Origin: Octopus sinensis
Lineage: Eukaryota
Length of the DNA: 64,000 nt
Assembly (NCBI RefSeq): GCF_006345805.1
Contig: NC_043005.1
Span: forward strand, 31,310,001 to 31,374,000
Reading direction: 5' to 3'
Shown here: one piece after another, positions 22,445-37,222 of the stretch
Layout of the letters: each line of letters starts with the position of its first letter
Position numbering within the stretch: position 1 is the stretch's first letter
Notes under the pieces: generated by a model
What the model was told of the DNA's origin: nothing
Databases searched by the model: none
What the model saw: the letters and a program-made list of their open reading frames with translations, nothing else
Translations under genes and position numbers: made by a program

Positions 22445-24830
22445 TTGGCTGACAGTAAAGATACAATTCACTGTGCCCCCGGGGGAACGAAAACCACACT
22501 GAGACACAGACACTATATTTGGAACTATAAAGGTATTCAAACGTTCTAACAAAATGCGGGCAAGTACTTTCCAACCAAAAGCGAAATCCCACGAAAATTA
22601 CCACACAGATCCTTTGGTCCCGATTTATACAAGGAGGCTAAAATGGCATCAATCCAGTCTTGAGGTACTTTCTCAGTTCTCCAATAGTGACAAATTAATA
22701 TATTTAAGAATTCAAACATTTTGTCGCCCCATATTTCAAGACTTCTCCACAGATTCCATCAGACCCTGGAGACTTATTGTTATTCAGCTTATTCACAGCT
22801 AAAGAAATGTCTTTTAGATTTGGTTCAAATGCCTTCTTTTCTTTAACTGGAAGATGTTCGATTTTTTTCTATCGTCCTCATGTCAGCAGATGAGGGTCTA
22901 TTCAAAAGTGCAGAAAAATGTTCTACCCAGCGCTTACGGATAGAAGCAGTGTCAGTTAGAAGCAAACGTCCATTTGCTGTTCTCACTGGAGCTATTGAAG
23001 AAGATTTGGGACCATATACCTCCTTAACGTAAAAGTACAAACCCTTGGCATCATTTCTATCAGCTGCTTCTTGTGTCTCTTTTGCTCTATCATTCCACCC
23101 TTTCTGATTAATTTTCCTTAGAGCAGTTAGCAGTTTCCTTTTCAGTTTTCTGTAAGCTTCGTTGAGTTGGGGTTCAAGGACTGAGAAAGAAGTGTTTTGC
23201 CTAAGTTTTGTTTTTCTAAAAGTAGATCATGAATTTCTGCTGATCTATCTGAGAACCAGTCACTGGACTTATGTGATTTAAATCCCATTGACGAACTTGC
23301 AGCCTGAAATATTATTGTTTTGAAATCTTCCCATAGATGATTTGGGTCAAGATTGATACTTTCTATAGCATTGTGGAATCTTTGAAAGTTGCTTGATAAT
23401 TTAAAGTTTGCAACATTTAACTTTTTGGGTACCTTAGGACCAGACTGTCGATTTTTAGGCATTATCGAAAAATCTATTTTGCCAGGTACTAGATGATAAT
23501 CAGTCCAGCTCTCTGTCCCTCATGGCCCTTTCATATTACGTTTTCTGATCAGAATATAATCTATGAGATGCTAGTGCTTAGATCTTGGGAGCATCCAGGT
23601 GGTTTTATATTTATTTTCTGCTTAAACAGAGTGTTGGTGGCGACCAGATTATTCTCAGTACAAAACATCAAAAGAGCTACTCCATTTTTATTACATATTT
23701 TCCAATCGCATGTCGACCTAAAACAGGCCATGAAACATAGTCCTTTCCAATTCTTGCAGTGAAATCTCCCACTATGACCAGCTTGTCAGAAATTGGTATT
23801 TTCCTCAATAATTGTGCCACCAGTTTCATCAGAATGGACATTGTTGGTGCATAAATACTGACAACAGTAAGAAACCTACCTTTTGTCAGTTTAATACGGC
23901 ATGACATGGTCCGTTCAGATACACCACTTGGAAACTCTGCAGTGGAGGATACTAATGTATTCTTGTGAGCAAACCCAACACCAGATTCTCTACACTGACC
24001 CTTTAAGTAGGTCTCTCCAAAAGATAATATGTCCATATGTAGGTTCGTTTACTTGACCTTCAGCAGAGAGACGAGTTTCAAAGAGCGCAACTATATCAAG
24101 GGAATATTTCTTGAACTCACATGCAATAAGTGCAGTACGCCTTTCTGGCCTCTTGTTGAAATTATCATCAACAAGTGTGCGCACATTCCAACAATCGAAA
24201 TTCAAAGGATGTTTATTTTTACTTTTTCTTGAAAATTGTTTGACCACAGTGGCAGGATGACGACCCGGTCTAATCTGTGATACACTGGGACACCTGTCTC
24301 CCTGATGTTCCCAAGCCTTTTTTGCCATTTACTGAATCTGCATTTTAGAGTAAGTTACAAGTGCATTTTTAGTTTTTTTGCCAACCAACCAACCAATTCA
24401 ATGATTTTACTAAGATTTGGTGTACAGAAAGTACCTGTGCAGATGAATAACTTTCAGTGGGTGTAGCTTGCACTGTACTAGCCCCACCTATTGGCCCAAG
24501 AAGACATGAAAATTAACAAAACAAGGAACTTCCAAGGCCTCAGGCTTTATTTCGGAGATTTCCTTCTCCTAGGTAGATTACCAACCAAGATTAAAGAGTT
24601 TCTACCTGCCCATGAGGTAAGCTATCATTCTAGACACCAAACCGATACTTAGACACTCTATAAAGTCAAAGTCGCTCTTGAGTGCTACTGGTAACATGGT
24701 CGGGTCGTCGGCGACTAAACTGGCCACCCCAGCAGGCTTGCTTGGTGAGGAGGGTGTTGTTGGACACACTGCGGGATGAAAAATAAGACCCATCAAAGGG
24801 CAGAGGAACTCCTGAACAGTTAACGGCCAT
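22445..24830 (-). mobile_element. Degraded RTE-clade LINE (APE endonuclease to RT domain 2, plus probable 5' region)
   Basis: CWNVRTL...RPERRTALIA...VALFETRL, ESGVGFA, VVSIYAPTM, VIVGDFTARIG, VLARILLERL...SQCGFRS. Multiple stops and frameshifts. Confidence 0.88.
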
Positions 24831-25218
24831 CCAACAAAATGTCTGTAAATATGTATATATCTTTTTTTGCTTATATGTATATATATACATATTTTTACTG
24901 TATAGTTTTACTTTCTATATATATTTTATATCTTTCAATTGCATATCTTTTATTTTTCTTTATATTTATATATATTATTTATAGTTAATTCTTATTCACA
25001 CGTCGTACCTTAAATTTTTTTTATACGTATATATATATGTATATTTTTACTTAATATTTATATTTATTGCATATCTTTTATTTTTATATATTTATATATC
25101 ATTCTTATTTACATTTGCAAATCACATACCATACTTTCTTTTTTATGTATGATTGAGCTACTCTGCGTGGGTCATCGGAGTGATATTTGATCACTTTACA
25201 CACACACACATACATACA

Positions 25219-25267
<49 letters not shown>

Positions 25268-25794
25268 TTCCCCATCTACATTTGGAATGAAATAATTTCT
25301 GTGCAAGAGGGTTTAAATAAAGAAAATTTTTTCATCGTAAAATGCAGAACACGCCTAAATATGAACGCTTAACGAACTTTGATATCAGTATATATCTTAA
25401 TTCATGATCACATATCCATCACTGTACATATTTATCTCACCACTTTAGCTTTTAAGTTTTTGTACATTTATTTATCTCCCTCCCCACAAGACATGAGCAA
25501 TTACCTCCCCTGTCCCAAATAAAAACGATCACCAATTACCTCCCCTTAGATTTTTCTACTTGTTAATTCATTCACAAACTTCCTTCCAAGAACATGAACT
25601 AAAATCTTCTGAAGGAAATACGAAATTACAATAATTTCAATGTCCTTATTAGCGAAAGCGAAACCGGTCGACAAACGCAATAATCTTTCACTTATTAGAT
25701 ATATTAAAAAACATATCAAAACTATGCAAACTGTGCCTTTTCGTTCTTTTATTATATATATATGTTCGTACATATATATCTATACACACACACA

Positions 25795-25870
<76 letters not shown>

Positions 25871-28800
25871 CATATATATAATAGAGAGGCAACTATATAG
25901 ACAAAGATAGCTTAATATAGTGAATTGTTCGAGTTACCCCAAGAGAGAAAGCAAAACGTATGGAATAAAATAATTATTGTAGTGAACAGAACTTTGACTA
26001 TTGTTAGGTTTATAACTATTATCATTTTGAGACATAAAGCCTCTTCTTAATACACATACATACACAATAAATATGAGTGCACTAGCATACATATATATAT
26101 GGCTATGTGCGTTTGTGAGCATGTTTGTGCGTATTTAAACAGATAAAGCACTCAAAAGAACGTCAGGGGTGTTAAAATGAAGGAAAACTTTGAATGGTGT
26201 TTACAGAAGAATCGATAGTTTGTTGCAAATGAAATTGCAGCGAAAAGAAATTTGAATTAATCTGTTATATTTTTAAGCGGTTTATTTTTTTATTCCAGTA
26301 TTTCTTTTTATTCTACGTTGTGTGAGTACAGCCTTTAGCATTTGACTTGTAATTTAATGATTTTACGATAGATGGTCGCTTATTCAATAGAAGAAAGTTC
26401 AGACCTGTCAACAAACAAGTTCAACTTTATTTCAATCAATTTACTATTGTCTTTATAATTTTTTTCCCCAATTCTTATGAGAATTAATTTTCATAAAATC
26501 TCTATACGTTCAAATATCCACAAATACTGTTAGTATCTATGCGGACCGCTTAGATATAAACAATTTGGAAGCCCGTTTGTCATTAACTTGCACATAGGCA
26601 ACCTATGTTCTCTCTTTATCTTCCTAGATAGCAAAGGAAATTCGGTTGCCACGTGGGTAGCTGAGTAGTTCCTTTTAGTGAAAACACTGCTAACTCGAGG
26701 ATCAGTAACGTTCTGCAAAATATAAGCTAAAATTTGTGTCATTCCGTATGGCCAGTCTGGCGGGGCTGACAGAGGGCTACTATGTTGAATTATTCATAAA
26801 TAATACGAATTCGTGTTGGAATATGCATCGCATTTGTTGAACCAAGAGAAATACACTTTCTCAGAGACATATCGTCAAAGTGATTGTCAGTATGATGCGA
26901 TCAAAGATGGTTATTTAAGATAGGCGATGCCAATTTCGCATTTCATTCTCCAATAATTAACAAATTTATGAGTTTCTTGTCATAAATATTTTGACATATG
27001 ACTGCATTTTCATTCAAAAGGTGAGTGCCTTTTCCTACTATCAGCTATTGTTAAGAGTGTCAAAATAAAGTATGAATATTTGAAGTGGGTCGAGCAGGCT
27101 TTCTTTGCGATATTTGCTGTCCACGTCTCTTTCCGAAGCTGAGTTCACTATTTACTAACGAAATCGCTAGATCAGACAAAAAGTTTACTACACTATATTC
27201 ATGTCAAAAATTTTGCAGATCTATTGGTTGTTGAGATCGAAAAGGTGCTATACATAAGAATAAATTATTACATACCGATATATATACATGAAGCTTTGTT
27301 TGTAAAGTCAGCTAATATACATGTAAAAGTCTAGCGGGCTTACACAGCCACTGCCGAAAGTGAGATACATTTTTAATAGTCATAAATATTTCCCACGAAT
27401 GGACAGCCATCGAGTGAGTGAGTGAGTGAGTGTGAGTGTGAGTGTGAGTGTGTGTGTGTGTGTGTGTGTGGTATTACTACTGGGTGTCAGTTTCGGCAAA
27501 ATAAATCCAAAGTTGATGAACATCTGACCCTGCTGGTACAATATATGCTACGTGAAAGTAGTAGAAAATATTATTCCTTACACAATGTTCATGCTAGTGC
27601 AAAAGCTATTGTAGGTAATCTAATCAAAATCTTTGCTGTTGTGCCAATGAATTCTTGTGGTTTTCTAATTGGAAAGCTGTCACTATCCTGCTGGCCTAAA
27701 GCACCTCCTGTAGTATTGGTATTGAGACATAGCTGAAATGATGATATTGAGTGAAAAGGAACCACCAGCATTCAAATATATTCATATATATGTGAATACA
27801 TACTTACATGCATGCGTACGTATTCTAATTAAGTTTGTATTATTAAGAACTCATTTTCTTTAGATTTGGGATTGCAAATAAAAGCACTGTCTATCAAATA
27901 TATGTCTTTTAACCTCGATGTTTATCTGTGTGCGTGTATGTATATATGTATATGTAGGTGAACGTGATTGTGTGTGTGTATGTATATATACACACATACA
28001 AAAGGGTATCTACTAGATGCGAACATATGTAAAAATGATGTAAAATGATGTGCACGCACATATATAGTTGACTTTGCATTTCTGTGCAAGTGTACGTATG
28101 TGTGTACGTATGTGTTTAATAAACTAAATGTTGATTTAAATTTGATAAAAATTTATGATGATTGTTTTAAGAACCTTCAAAAGTTTATTTATGTTTGAAC
28201 TAAATCAAACTGGTGACGTTTAAACAATTAAATCTCTAATTTTAAATGTTATAAAGTCATTTCAAATTCCTTCTGTATCTCTCCAACGTTGTGTTAAGCC
28301 ATCAATAGTTAATCACAGTGACACATTTCGTCTTCAATATCATTGCAAGGAATAAGTTCTCTTATTACTGAAGCATCACACTTTCAATGTGTTTCATTTC
28401 CGTTTATATTTAAAATCATTACTTTTGATTCCCATTTTTAATGAACCTAATCAGCAAGTGCCATAAACCACATCGTGATAGCGCTCGTTTCTTGACAATC
28501 ATTTTAAGCGTAGCTAGCTAAAGGTGATTTTCTGCCACAGTTGATTTTGTTTAGTTGACTGGCATAATAAAATACTAGAGTGATTTACTTAAGCTAATCG
28601 GTTCAGAGCAATCATGCGCGCACGCACACACACCGAAAACACAGACATATATATAACAATAGAACACTAACTCACTTTACCTTCATGATTTTAACTCTTT
28701 CCTGTTTCCCTCATGTAGGAGGTTGAAAAGGAACACACGAGTTGATATGTATAAGCAAAATAATACAAGGTAGAAAATGCTAAAATAATTTTATCATGAA

Positions 28801-28929
28801 GAAAGCGGTTCGTCCAAGTCTACATTGGCACATTCGGGCAATCTAGTCGGTACCTGTCACAACTGAAAACGTCTGAGCAGGTTTTTGAGGCTTTTGCACA
28901 CCTTTCTCCTATCAGATACTCCCACGCAA

Positions 28930-29115
<186 letters not shown>

Positions 29116-29404
29116 CTATCACCTTATGGTATTATAACAGAAAAAACCTATTATAAGATATCAAACCTTATAGTTTATCGCATAGTCTTTCCTTGTTTTT
29201 CATAGCCTCTCCTGCAAATGGGATTTAATCATACAGACATGACCCTATCCTATACAAAGCATTTAGGTACGGCAGCCTTTTATTTCTACCACTCATTTCT
29301 GCCACTCCATCCTCTTCCTAGCTAAATGATGGCTTCTAATTGAGATGTCAACCCACACATTTTTGGTCGGGGTAACCGGTATGTTGGATACAACCCCCTA
29401 CATT

Positions 29405-29837
29405 TGATTATTAAATACTGTATCAATAGCAACATATGGGTGTGAGACCTGGACACTAAAGAAAGCTGACCAGAAGAGAATTAATGCATTCGAGCTTTGG
29501 TGTTGGAGAAGACTTTTACGGATTCCATGGACAGCGAGGCTCACCAATGGAGAAGTTCTTAAGCAGATCAGGCCGAAAATGTCGCTAGAAGCTAGGATCA
29601 CCAAGCATAGATTAGCATATTTCGGTCATATTATGCGGAGAAAATCCCTGGAGAAGGACATCATGCTCGGAATGGTCAGTGGCAAGAGAGAAAGAGGCCG
29701 ACCAAGAACCAGCTGGCTTGACACCATCAAGAGTGATACCGGAATGGACATAGCCAATCTGAAAGAAGCGGCCCAGGATAGAACTGACTGGAGGACACTG
29801 ATCCAACGAGTGACCGAGAGTCGACTTCGACTGAGCG

Positions 29838-29896
<59 letters not shown>
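29405..29896 (+). mobile_element. 5'-truncated RTE/BovB-like LINE 3' end with (GATA)n tail
   Basis: ATYGCETWTLKKADQKRINAFELWCWRRLLRIPWTAR...LAYFGHIMRR...GKRERGRPRTSWLDTIK...DWRTLI; the tetranucleotide tail starts at the stop codon. Confidence 0.92.
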
Positions 29897-31339
29897 CAAA
29901 ATATTTCCTGTCGATCACAGCATCTCCAAGGGGATTGATCTCGGAAGGTGAAAGGCCGTAACGAGATCCTGATACCCAACTATTTATATAAAAATATTAA
30001 GGTCACATAATTCTTTTTAATATAATTCATAATATAATATTTAAGTATATATGATTAGCAGTTAATTTACCAACGCTCTAAACAGTAGATAGATGACAGC
30101 TGTATCATATCACATGTACAATTAACTATTATTAAAATCTAAACAAATGCCTTCCATCAATATTAGGAATGAAATTATGAAAACATCACGATATTTCATA
30201 AATGAAGATAACAAAAGATGTAATTTAAGTGTAGAGAAAGTATTTGTCATTAACATTAGCATTATGATTATTGCTATTTATTTAGAGACTAATTATACAT
30301 GCCATTGGCTCCATTCAGATGTATCAGTTCAATTGAGGAACTCGATAATGAATGATTACCAGAATTTTGACATATCGTGAGAAGCATCATAGATTTGAAT
30401 ATCTGTTAGTGTGCGTCTGTATTTCGTGTGTGTATGTATGTATGCATGCGTGTGTGTGATACATGTTTCTTTAAAGAAAGTTGAGGATTGACGTTGAACA
30501 CTTGCTTCGGTAATTAAAGTGCGGCTGCTCTTAAAAAAGAGCTGCAAATAATAGTTAAAGCAACATATTTTGTAGTGACTGTCGGACTTTCTCCATTATG
30601 GCTGCGACGCTCTAGTTTATATTTGGCATTCAATTAATTCAATCGGTCGATTATTTCTCATGTGAGTAGATATATCAGGAAAGTCTTCCAACAATCTTAC
30701 TGTATATGGGAATGACAATGACTATTTTCGAAGTGGTAGAAAGCGATAGGGTGCTATATTTAGCAAATCAACTTATCTTGTTGAAGCTTCGTTCGCTATC
30801 GTTTGATGCAAAACATATGAGCGAGAAGGAGACAAAAGCAAAAAAGAAAAAAAAAAAAGAAAAAATTAAGATGTCCTCCCTGATTTCAGAAACTACAATT
30901 AATACCGCTGATATAGAATAAGAAACTGAAAGTATGTCAAAGTCTGCGACTGAGTAGCTGTCCACTATTAGTAGCTCTTTCGGTTTAAGTAAACTATGAT
31001 AAAAGAACTTCAACCCATGGCCATAGCGGGGTTTTGTATATCAGGAACAACAGAGTGAGTGCGACTTGATATCTTTAAAACTGTAAAATGTCATTTAAGG
31101 GAGGATTGTTCGCTGTTTCTAGGAGTTTAGACTGCCGCTCTGTAAATCTATCATTGGTTACCATTTAGAGGTGATCTTATTACTGCTTGCAATAAGACTT
31201 AGTCTGATACAGTAAAGCTTAGTCTAAAAGGCCGGCCTATTATATCAGGTGCTTCGATCATAACTCCGGTGTCAAGGGTTACATTGACCCATGTATCTCG
31301 GGAGGCTCCAAACTGTAAATACTCCATAATAAATGTGTG

Positions 31340-31347
31340 TGTGTGTG

Positions 31348-31426
<79 letters not shown>

Positions 31427-31470
31427 AAGAGAGAGAGAGATGAGAGAGATGAGAGAGAGAGAGAGAGAGT
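31340..31470. repeat. (TA)n-(GA)n compound microsatellite
   Basis: Direct reading. Confidence 0.95.
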
Positions 31471-32146
31471 GTGAGCACGCCGGTGTTATTAAGAATATTA
31501 TGAAGAAACGAATTCGACTAGGGAAGTGAAAAATCTATCTATCTATCTATCTATCTATTTATCTATCTAGTATTGATAATAATAAAGAATATGGAGACTT
31601 GTACATCCACAAAATTTATTTTATAGTTATATACAGGCATATTACAATGACCTACACGTGTTTCCACTACAGTGAATATTTCACAATTGAAGATGCTACT
31701 TTCCAATATTGTTGGTGCAGTTTCATCCGGGTTTGTTTATTTGGTCTTCTTCGAAGCGAACTGTCTGAAGTAAATTTTTGTTAGTTAGTGTTCTGTGTGA
31801 GAAGGGGGGGGGTGTAGTTATTTATAGGCATGTGCTGCCGACCTTGATTTCCCTCCAGCTATATATTAACCGAAGTTATCTCACTTTAAGTATATCTATT
31901 GATATATCTTTTAAAGCGTAAATTTACTGATCTTCATGACACTGTTTCATTATGTAAAACATTTCGATTGTGCCTGCAGTTTAACATACAAATGCAGAAT
32001 AATTGAATCATTCTCTCTCTCTCTCTTTCGTGTTTTCCCTTTCTATCTTATCACTGATTCAGCTATTTCCATTTCGTTTCTTTCTTAGTCTCCCTTTCTC
32101 CTCTTCCCTACCCCTCTCTCTCTATATAGATATATTATATATATAT

Positions 32147-32209
<63 letters not shown>

Positions 32210-33134
32210 CTACATTGGAGTTATAGCCTCTCTTGACGTAAGCGTAACACATGGATTAAGCAGGCAGAAACGCAGGAACAAGCAGAACGATATCATAATT
32301 ATTCAATTATTATTCAAATTTTTATTCTATCGTCTAGTGCACGAAGAACAGGCAAAATCAAAACACTGATGCACATTGTCAGTCTTAATACATTGGGGAA
32401 GATGTGTAAATCGCTGGTGTATTTCGACTTTTGAGAATTTATCCTTTCAGACAATGTGTGTTTACAACACCACATTCATTCATTGGGGTAAAGTGACTTT
32501 AAGACATCGTGGTGTTTCGACCTAGTTGTGTTTCTTCTGTCAGAACTACTCCTGTATCAATGAAACTAAACAAGTATTATGACTCTTTTTAGAGACATGA
32601 GCCAACAATTTAATTGCTGATATGCGCTGATGTTTACCAGACTGATAATAAATCGTGGAAAGCGAACAGCCAAAATCGAAGCAATGATGTACGTTTTCTT
32701 TCCAAATAAATGCCAGCATATTTTTTCTGAATTTTCGCATTTCAAGAAATTCATCTTGTCGGAATTTAAAAGGCGACTATCTGACTCTTAGTAAACTATT
32801 AACATCTTGTTTAGGTCTGCTTGACATTGAATAATTATAACATTGGTTGTCTCTGTTGTATTTATTTTTCCTGTCTTCTTATTTAAACATTGTCTGCTGG
32901 AAAGAGAACTGACAAATAACATTGTTTTCAGCTTGATAAATGCCGGAATAAATTTTTATTTCGACCAGAAAACCCTGTGTAGCTGCACTTACAAGATTTG
33001 TGGCTTATTATAAGCTTATTTTTACTTTCATAGCTGATCGAGTACGTTGAAGCATTACCACATAATGTACATGTAAATATGTATGTATGCATGTATACAT
33101 ACATAGACATATATGTGTATAAATGTTTTCATGC

Positions 33135-33184
<50 letters not shown>

Positions 33185-33762
33185 GTGTGGTAAATAAAGA
33201 AACGAAATACCTTATACTGAATGTACAACTGGACGGGAGACAAACACAGAAGGTTCCTAATTCATCATCAGTTATCAACCAATTGGTAATACTCAGTTTC
33301 GCATCATTAATGATAAGACCGAGGGCTTCCCATATTGACGGTGCCCGCAAAAACATTTCTTGCGGAAAATTCAAGGCCGAGAGCAAACAAAGCAAAGAAA
33401 AACAATACAGAGTGTAATTTAGGACGGTGAACAAGGACGAACACACGAGCAAAATACGGCCTTAGAGCTAAGAAGACAAGAATAGTGGGTAATGTTTAGA
33501 AGATATCCTTATACAAACTTTTTCTAAACACTTTACAAACGAAAGAAGATATTACGATATTGTTAATCCTAGGTTTCTTAAAGTTGCTTTTCTGTATCAA
33601 ATAATTTGTCCTAGATTATATCTTCAGTTAACGAAATAAAATTATCTAATTTTTATAACAATTTTAACTGTATTAAATGAAACAATATGAATAAATGTTA
33701 GTGTATTTGAGTCGTCTAGTGTACAAGGAGAAACAACACAAGTTAAATCCTATCTAAGCCTC

Positions 33763-34190
33763 TTGAACGTAGGTAACTTGGTAAATAGCAATCACACTGA
33801 ATGGAATGATATAATACAGACTAATAATATGAGTAGTAATGAAAATATATTTTGTGACTGCAAGGTTAGAAGTAAATGTTTATTTAAAAATCATTGTAAG
33901 CCAAAAATGATCGTTTACAGATGTCAAATGAAATCTGAAGCAAAGAGTTCCTTGTACATAGGGCCAACGCGAAATTTTATCACGAAACACATCTCTAATC
34001 ACATTTACACCTTTAATAATAGGAACAGGTCCTCTTGTACCAGCCTCAGTAAATTTATTTGGGACTTGAAAAACAAGAAAAAAGTTTTTCTGTAGAGTGG
34101 GAGATTGTAAGCAAGGCTGCTGCTTATAAGGTTGGAATTTTTTTTTTTTTGCTTTCACTGCCTCGAAGAATTATACCAAATCCTATATTA
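33763..34190 (+). mobile_element. Penelope-like GIY-YIG endonuclease remnant
   Basis: CDCKVRSKC...IVYRC...LYIGPTRNFITKHISNHIYTF...TSLSKFIWDLK...EWEIVSKAAAY. Confidence 0.85.
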
Positions 34191-35996
34191 CAGGCGGTGC
34201 CTCTTAAATATGAGGATTGAGGCTGGTTTTTCATATGTTCACGCATGTAAATGGACTTTCAAAAACTACCATTAGATATATTATTATCATTAAGTAATTA
34301 TATGTTAAAGCTATTAGAACTTTAAATAGGTTGGTATTTCATGTTTAATACACTAACATCTGTAACTATAAAAATAAAGAATTCTTAGTAGATATCATAG
34401 AAATATCAAATATTATATTAAAATATTAATATTTAAATATTAATATTTCATCTTAAATACGAGGAAGAAGACTGATTTTTCATGTATTCATGCATGTTTA
34501 TGGGTGTTCAAAAACAGCCATAGTTGTATTACTATTATAGATACTAGAACTTCTGAATCTGTCGATACTTCACGTTTTATTATACCAGCATCTGTAAATA
34601 TGCATATTAAAGAATGCTTAGGAGATATAATATTGATAAAAAAATATTAATTAAATAGTAAAGATGTACATTTGGTTTTCTGTACTAGTAGCAGTATCAT
34701 ATGTGGTTTCTATAGATTTAATTAAGTACGTTTTTCATGAATATGTCGTTGATATTTTATAATATAATTCATTAAACTAAGTTACAGATAAAAGTATTGA
34801 TTTTGTAATAGTTGTAGATTTAGTAATTTATAAAAAAAATTATCAATTGGATTTACGTTTATGTTTTCTTTTGTGTACATAGTTTGTATTGACCATAACT
34901 ATGGCGCACAAATATAGATGATACGATACTCTAATATGGTAATGACAAGCAATTTTTAATACATCATATTTTTCGTTGTCTCCGATATTTTAACAAACGC
35001 ACGTACAATTGCTTGATGTGCTCTCTCTCCCTCATTCTTTCTCTCTCTCTAATACCTTGTTCACCCTACCACCACCACCACCACCACCACCAATTATGGA
35101 TTACAAACGCATGCACACAACTATTTGAAACATTTGTTTATATATATATGCCAAAACGCACACATCTGAGTGTCAAGGGTCGACCAACACTCCATTCTAG
35201 AAATTTCTTCTCTGATGAAATATCCAATTAACCAGTTTCATTATTAACATTTTAATTTAATTCAATTTCTCTAATTGAATTAATTGGCCATGCAAACGGC
35301 TGTACGGATAAGAATTTCATCTTTTGTTATCTTTTGACAAATCGCAACAATATTGACCACTCCAAAATATTCCATTTCTTTATTCTTCCCCCTCTGGTTT
35401 CAATTACTATTAGTCTTGTCTTTGTTCTTATCTTTATCTTTATTTTATATTTATTTTTATTTTTATCTTCAATTCATTTACTTATTTTTTTCCCTTCGTC
35501 TTTTTTCTTCCCCCTTGTCCTTCCATCTTCTCACTTTTCTTCTTCTTCTTCTCCCCCTCCTCATCTTCCTCTTCCCACCACCACCACCACCACTACTACT
35601 ACAACAACAACATGTTTTTGTATTTTTTTCCCGATATTTTTCCCTTTTTATGTATATTTTTTGCGTGTATGCTTTAAGAAAATTTCTTTATGCTATTTAA
35701 GTAACCAGTAGAGCATACCTTTTTCAATTTGAGAACGGCTATTTGAAGCTTGAAACTCATACCAGAGTCACTCACTGTAAACATTATTATTAAAGTAAAA
35801 ATTATCCTCAAAAAGCCATCTCTACTAATATTTTCAATTATGTAATATTGTACTAATAACTTTCTTTTTACTATTCTACTATATATATACATATATACCA
35901 GATTAAGCACATAAATTCGAAATAAGGTGGGAAAATAGTACTCGAATATCAGAGGGAGAGTAATGTGCTGTATTAGAAAGCAGCAAAATTATCACA

Positions 35997-36042
35997 AAAA
36001 CTGTTACTCATAGTTTCACGTTCCTGCTCGTCGGGCAGTTTT
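35997..36042 (-). ncRNA. Degenerate hammerhead motif (same family as 40142-40187)
   Basis: aaaactgc-CCGACGA-gcaggaacgt-GAAAC-tatga-GTA-acagtttt. Core U4 and the inner pairs of stems I and II are disrupted. Confidence 0.4.
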
Positions 36043-36624
36043 GTTTAGAATGGAACAAAAATAAGGTTATATGCATAAATATACAATTAACTTGATAGAT
36101 ACACTTTTGAAAATGGTTTTGTTTCATTGGTCCTTTCAACTAACAGTCTTTTCAATAACCGGTTTAAAATCATATTATTATAAGAATCGAAGAAAACCGT
36201 AAATCAAAAATAGCTTATAAAGAAGGAAAAGGCCTGAATACGCTGGGTAAATAATTAGCTGTAAAATATTGATAAATTAATAAATTAAAAGATTTATTTG
36301 TTTAAAAAAAATTTCACGCTTGATTATATATACACTAAACATACAGACGCAGGTACATGGCTACATACATATACAGACATATATAAGCAAGACATAAATA
36401 TATACAAATGCGTATATATACATATATAAATATATTATATAAAAGGGCTTAGTAAAATAAATTACTTTGCCGCATACTGAACTCATTAGAAATAGCAGCT
36501 AAAAAACTTTTTTAAAGCTATTTCTAATACTTAAAGAAAATCTCTCTCATATATAGTGTTTGCTTAATTCAACTCACAAAAGTTGTGGGGTAAGGACATC
36601 GAAAAATCAAATGCTAAGGTTATT

Positions 36625-36676
36625 TGAGAACGTACGTTTCAAGATTAGTCAAAACAACACTTCTATCATCAGCTCA
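36625..36676 (-). ncRNA. Type I hammerhead ribozyme, array unit 1
   Basis: tgag-CTGATGA-t-agaagt(gttgttttg)act-aa-tct-t-GAAAC-gtac-GTT-ctca. Intact core, 4-bp stem I, palindromic stem III, GUU triplet. Confidence 0.72.
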
Positions 36677-37170
36677 GAAATTCCTTGGTTTGGATTTGGA
36701 AACACTGAAAATAAGAACATACCCTTTCGAAGATCTGCTCGTAACTAACAGTGCCAACAAATTCAATAATAAGCAAGCGAAGAATCTCTGTTCTCCCCTT
36801 TCCACCAGCGTGGGTAAATTCATCAAACACTATGCTTATTTCGGTAAAATCCGAAGCATTAATCAGAGGGAGATTAATTATAATTTCAACAATTGAGGGC
36901 AAAATTAATTAATTATTAATCAATTTCACCAAGTGTTCAGTATGCAAAGGGACCATTCAAGCGAATTCAAATTATTACATTATATAAAAGGGCTTAGTAA
37001 AATAAATTACTTTGCCGCATACTGAACTCATAGAAATAGCAGCTAAAAAACTTTTTTAAAGCTATTCTAATACTTAAAGAAAATCTCTCTCATATATAGT
37101 GTTTGCTTAATTCAACTCACAAAAGTTTGGTGGGGGTAAGGACATCGAAAAATCAAATGCTAAGGTTATT

Positions 37171-37222
37171 TGAGAACGTACGTTTCAAGATTAGTCAAAA
37201 CAACACTTCTATCATCAGCTCA
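37171..37222 (-). ncRNA. Type I hammerhead ribozyme, array unit 2
   Basis: Identical motif to 36625-36676. Confidence 0.72.

Noticed and set aside
30706-32760. Short non-repetitive ORFs (30768..31013, 31599..31784, 32546..32740) as host exons
   Set aside because: No recognisable motif and no consistent splice phase; lengths are expected by chance.
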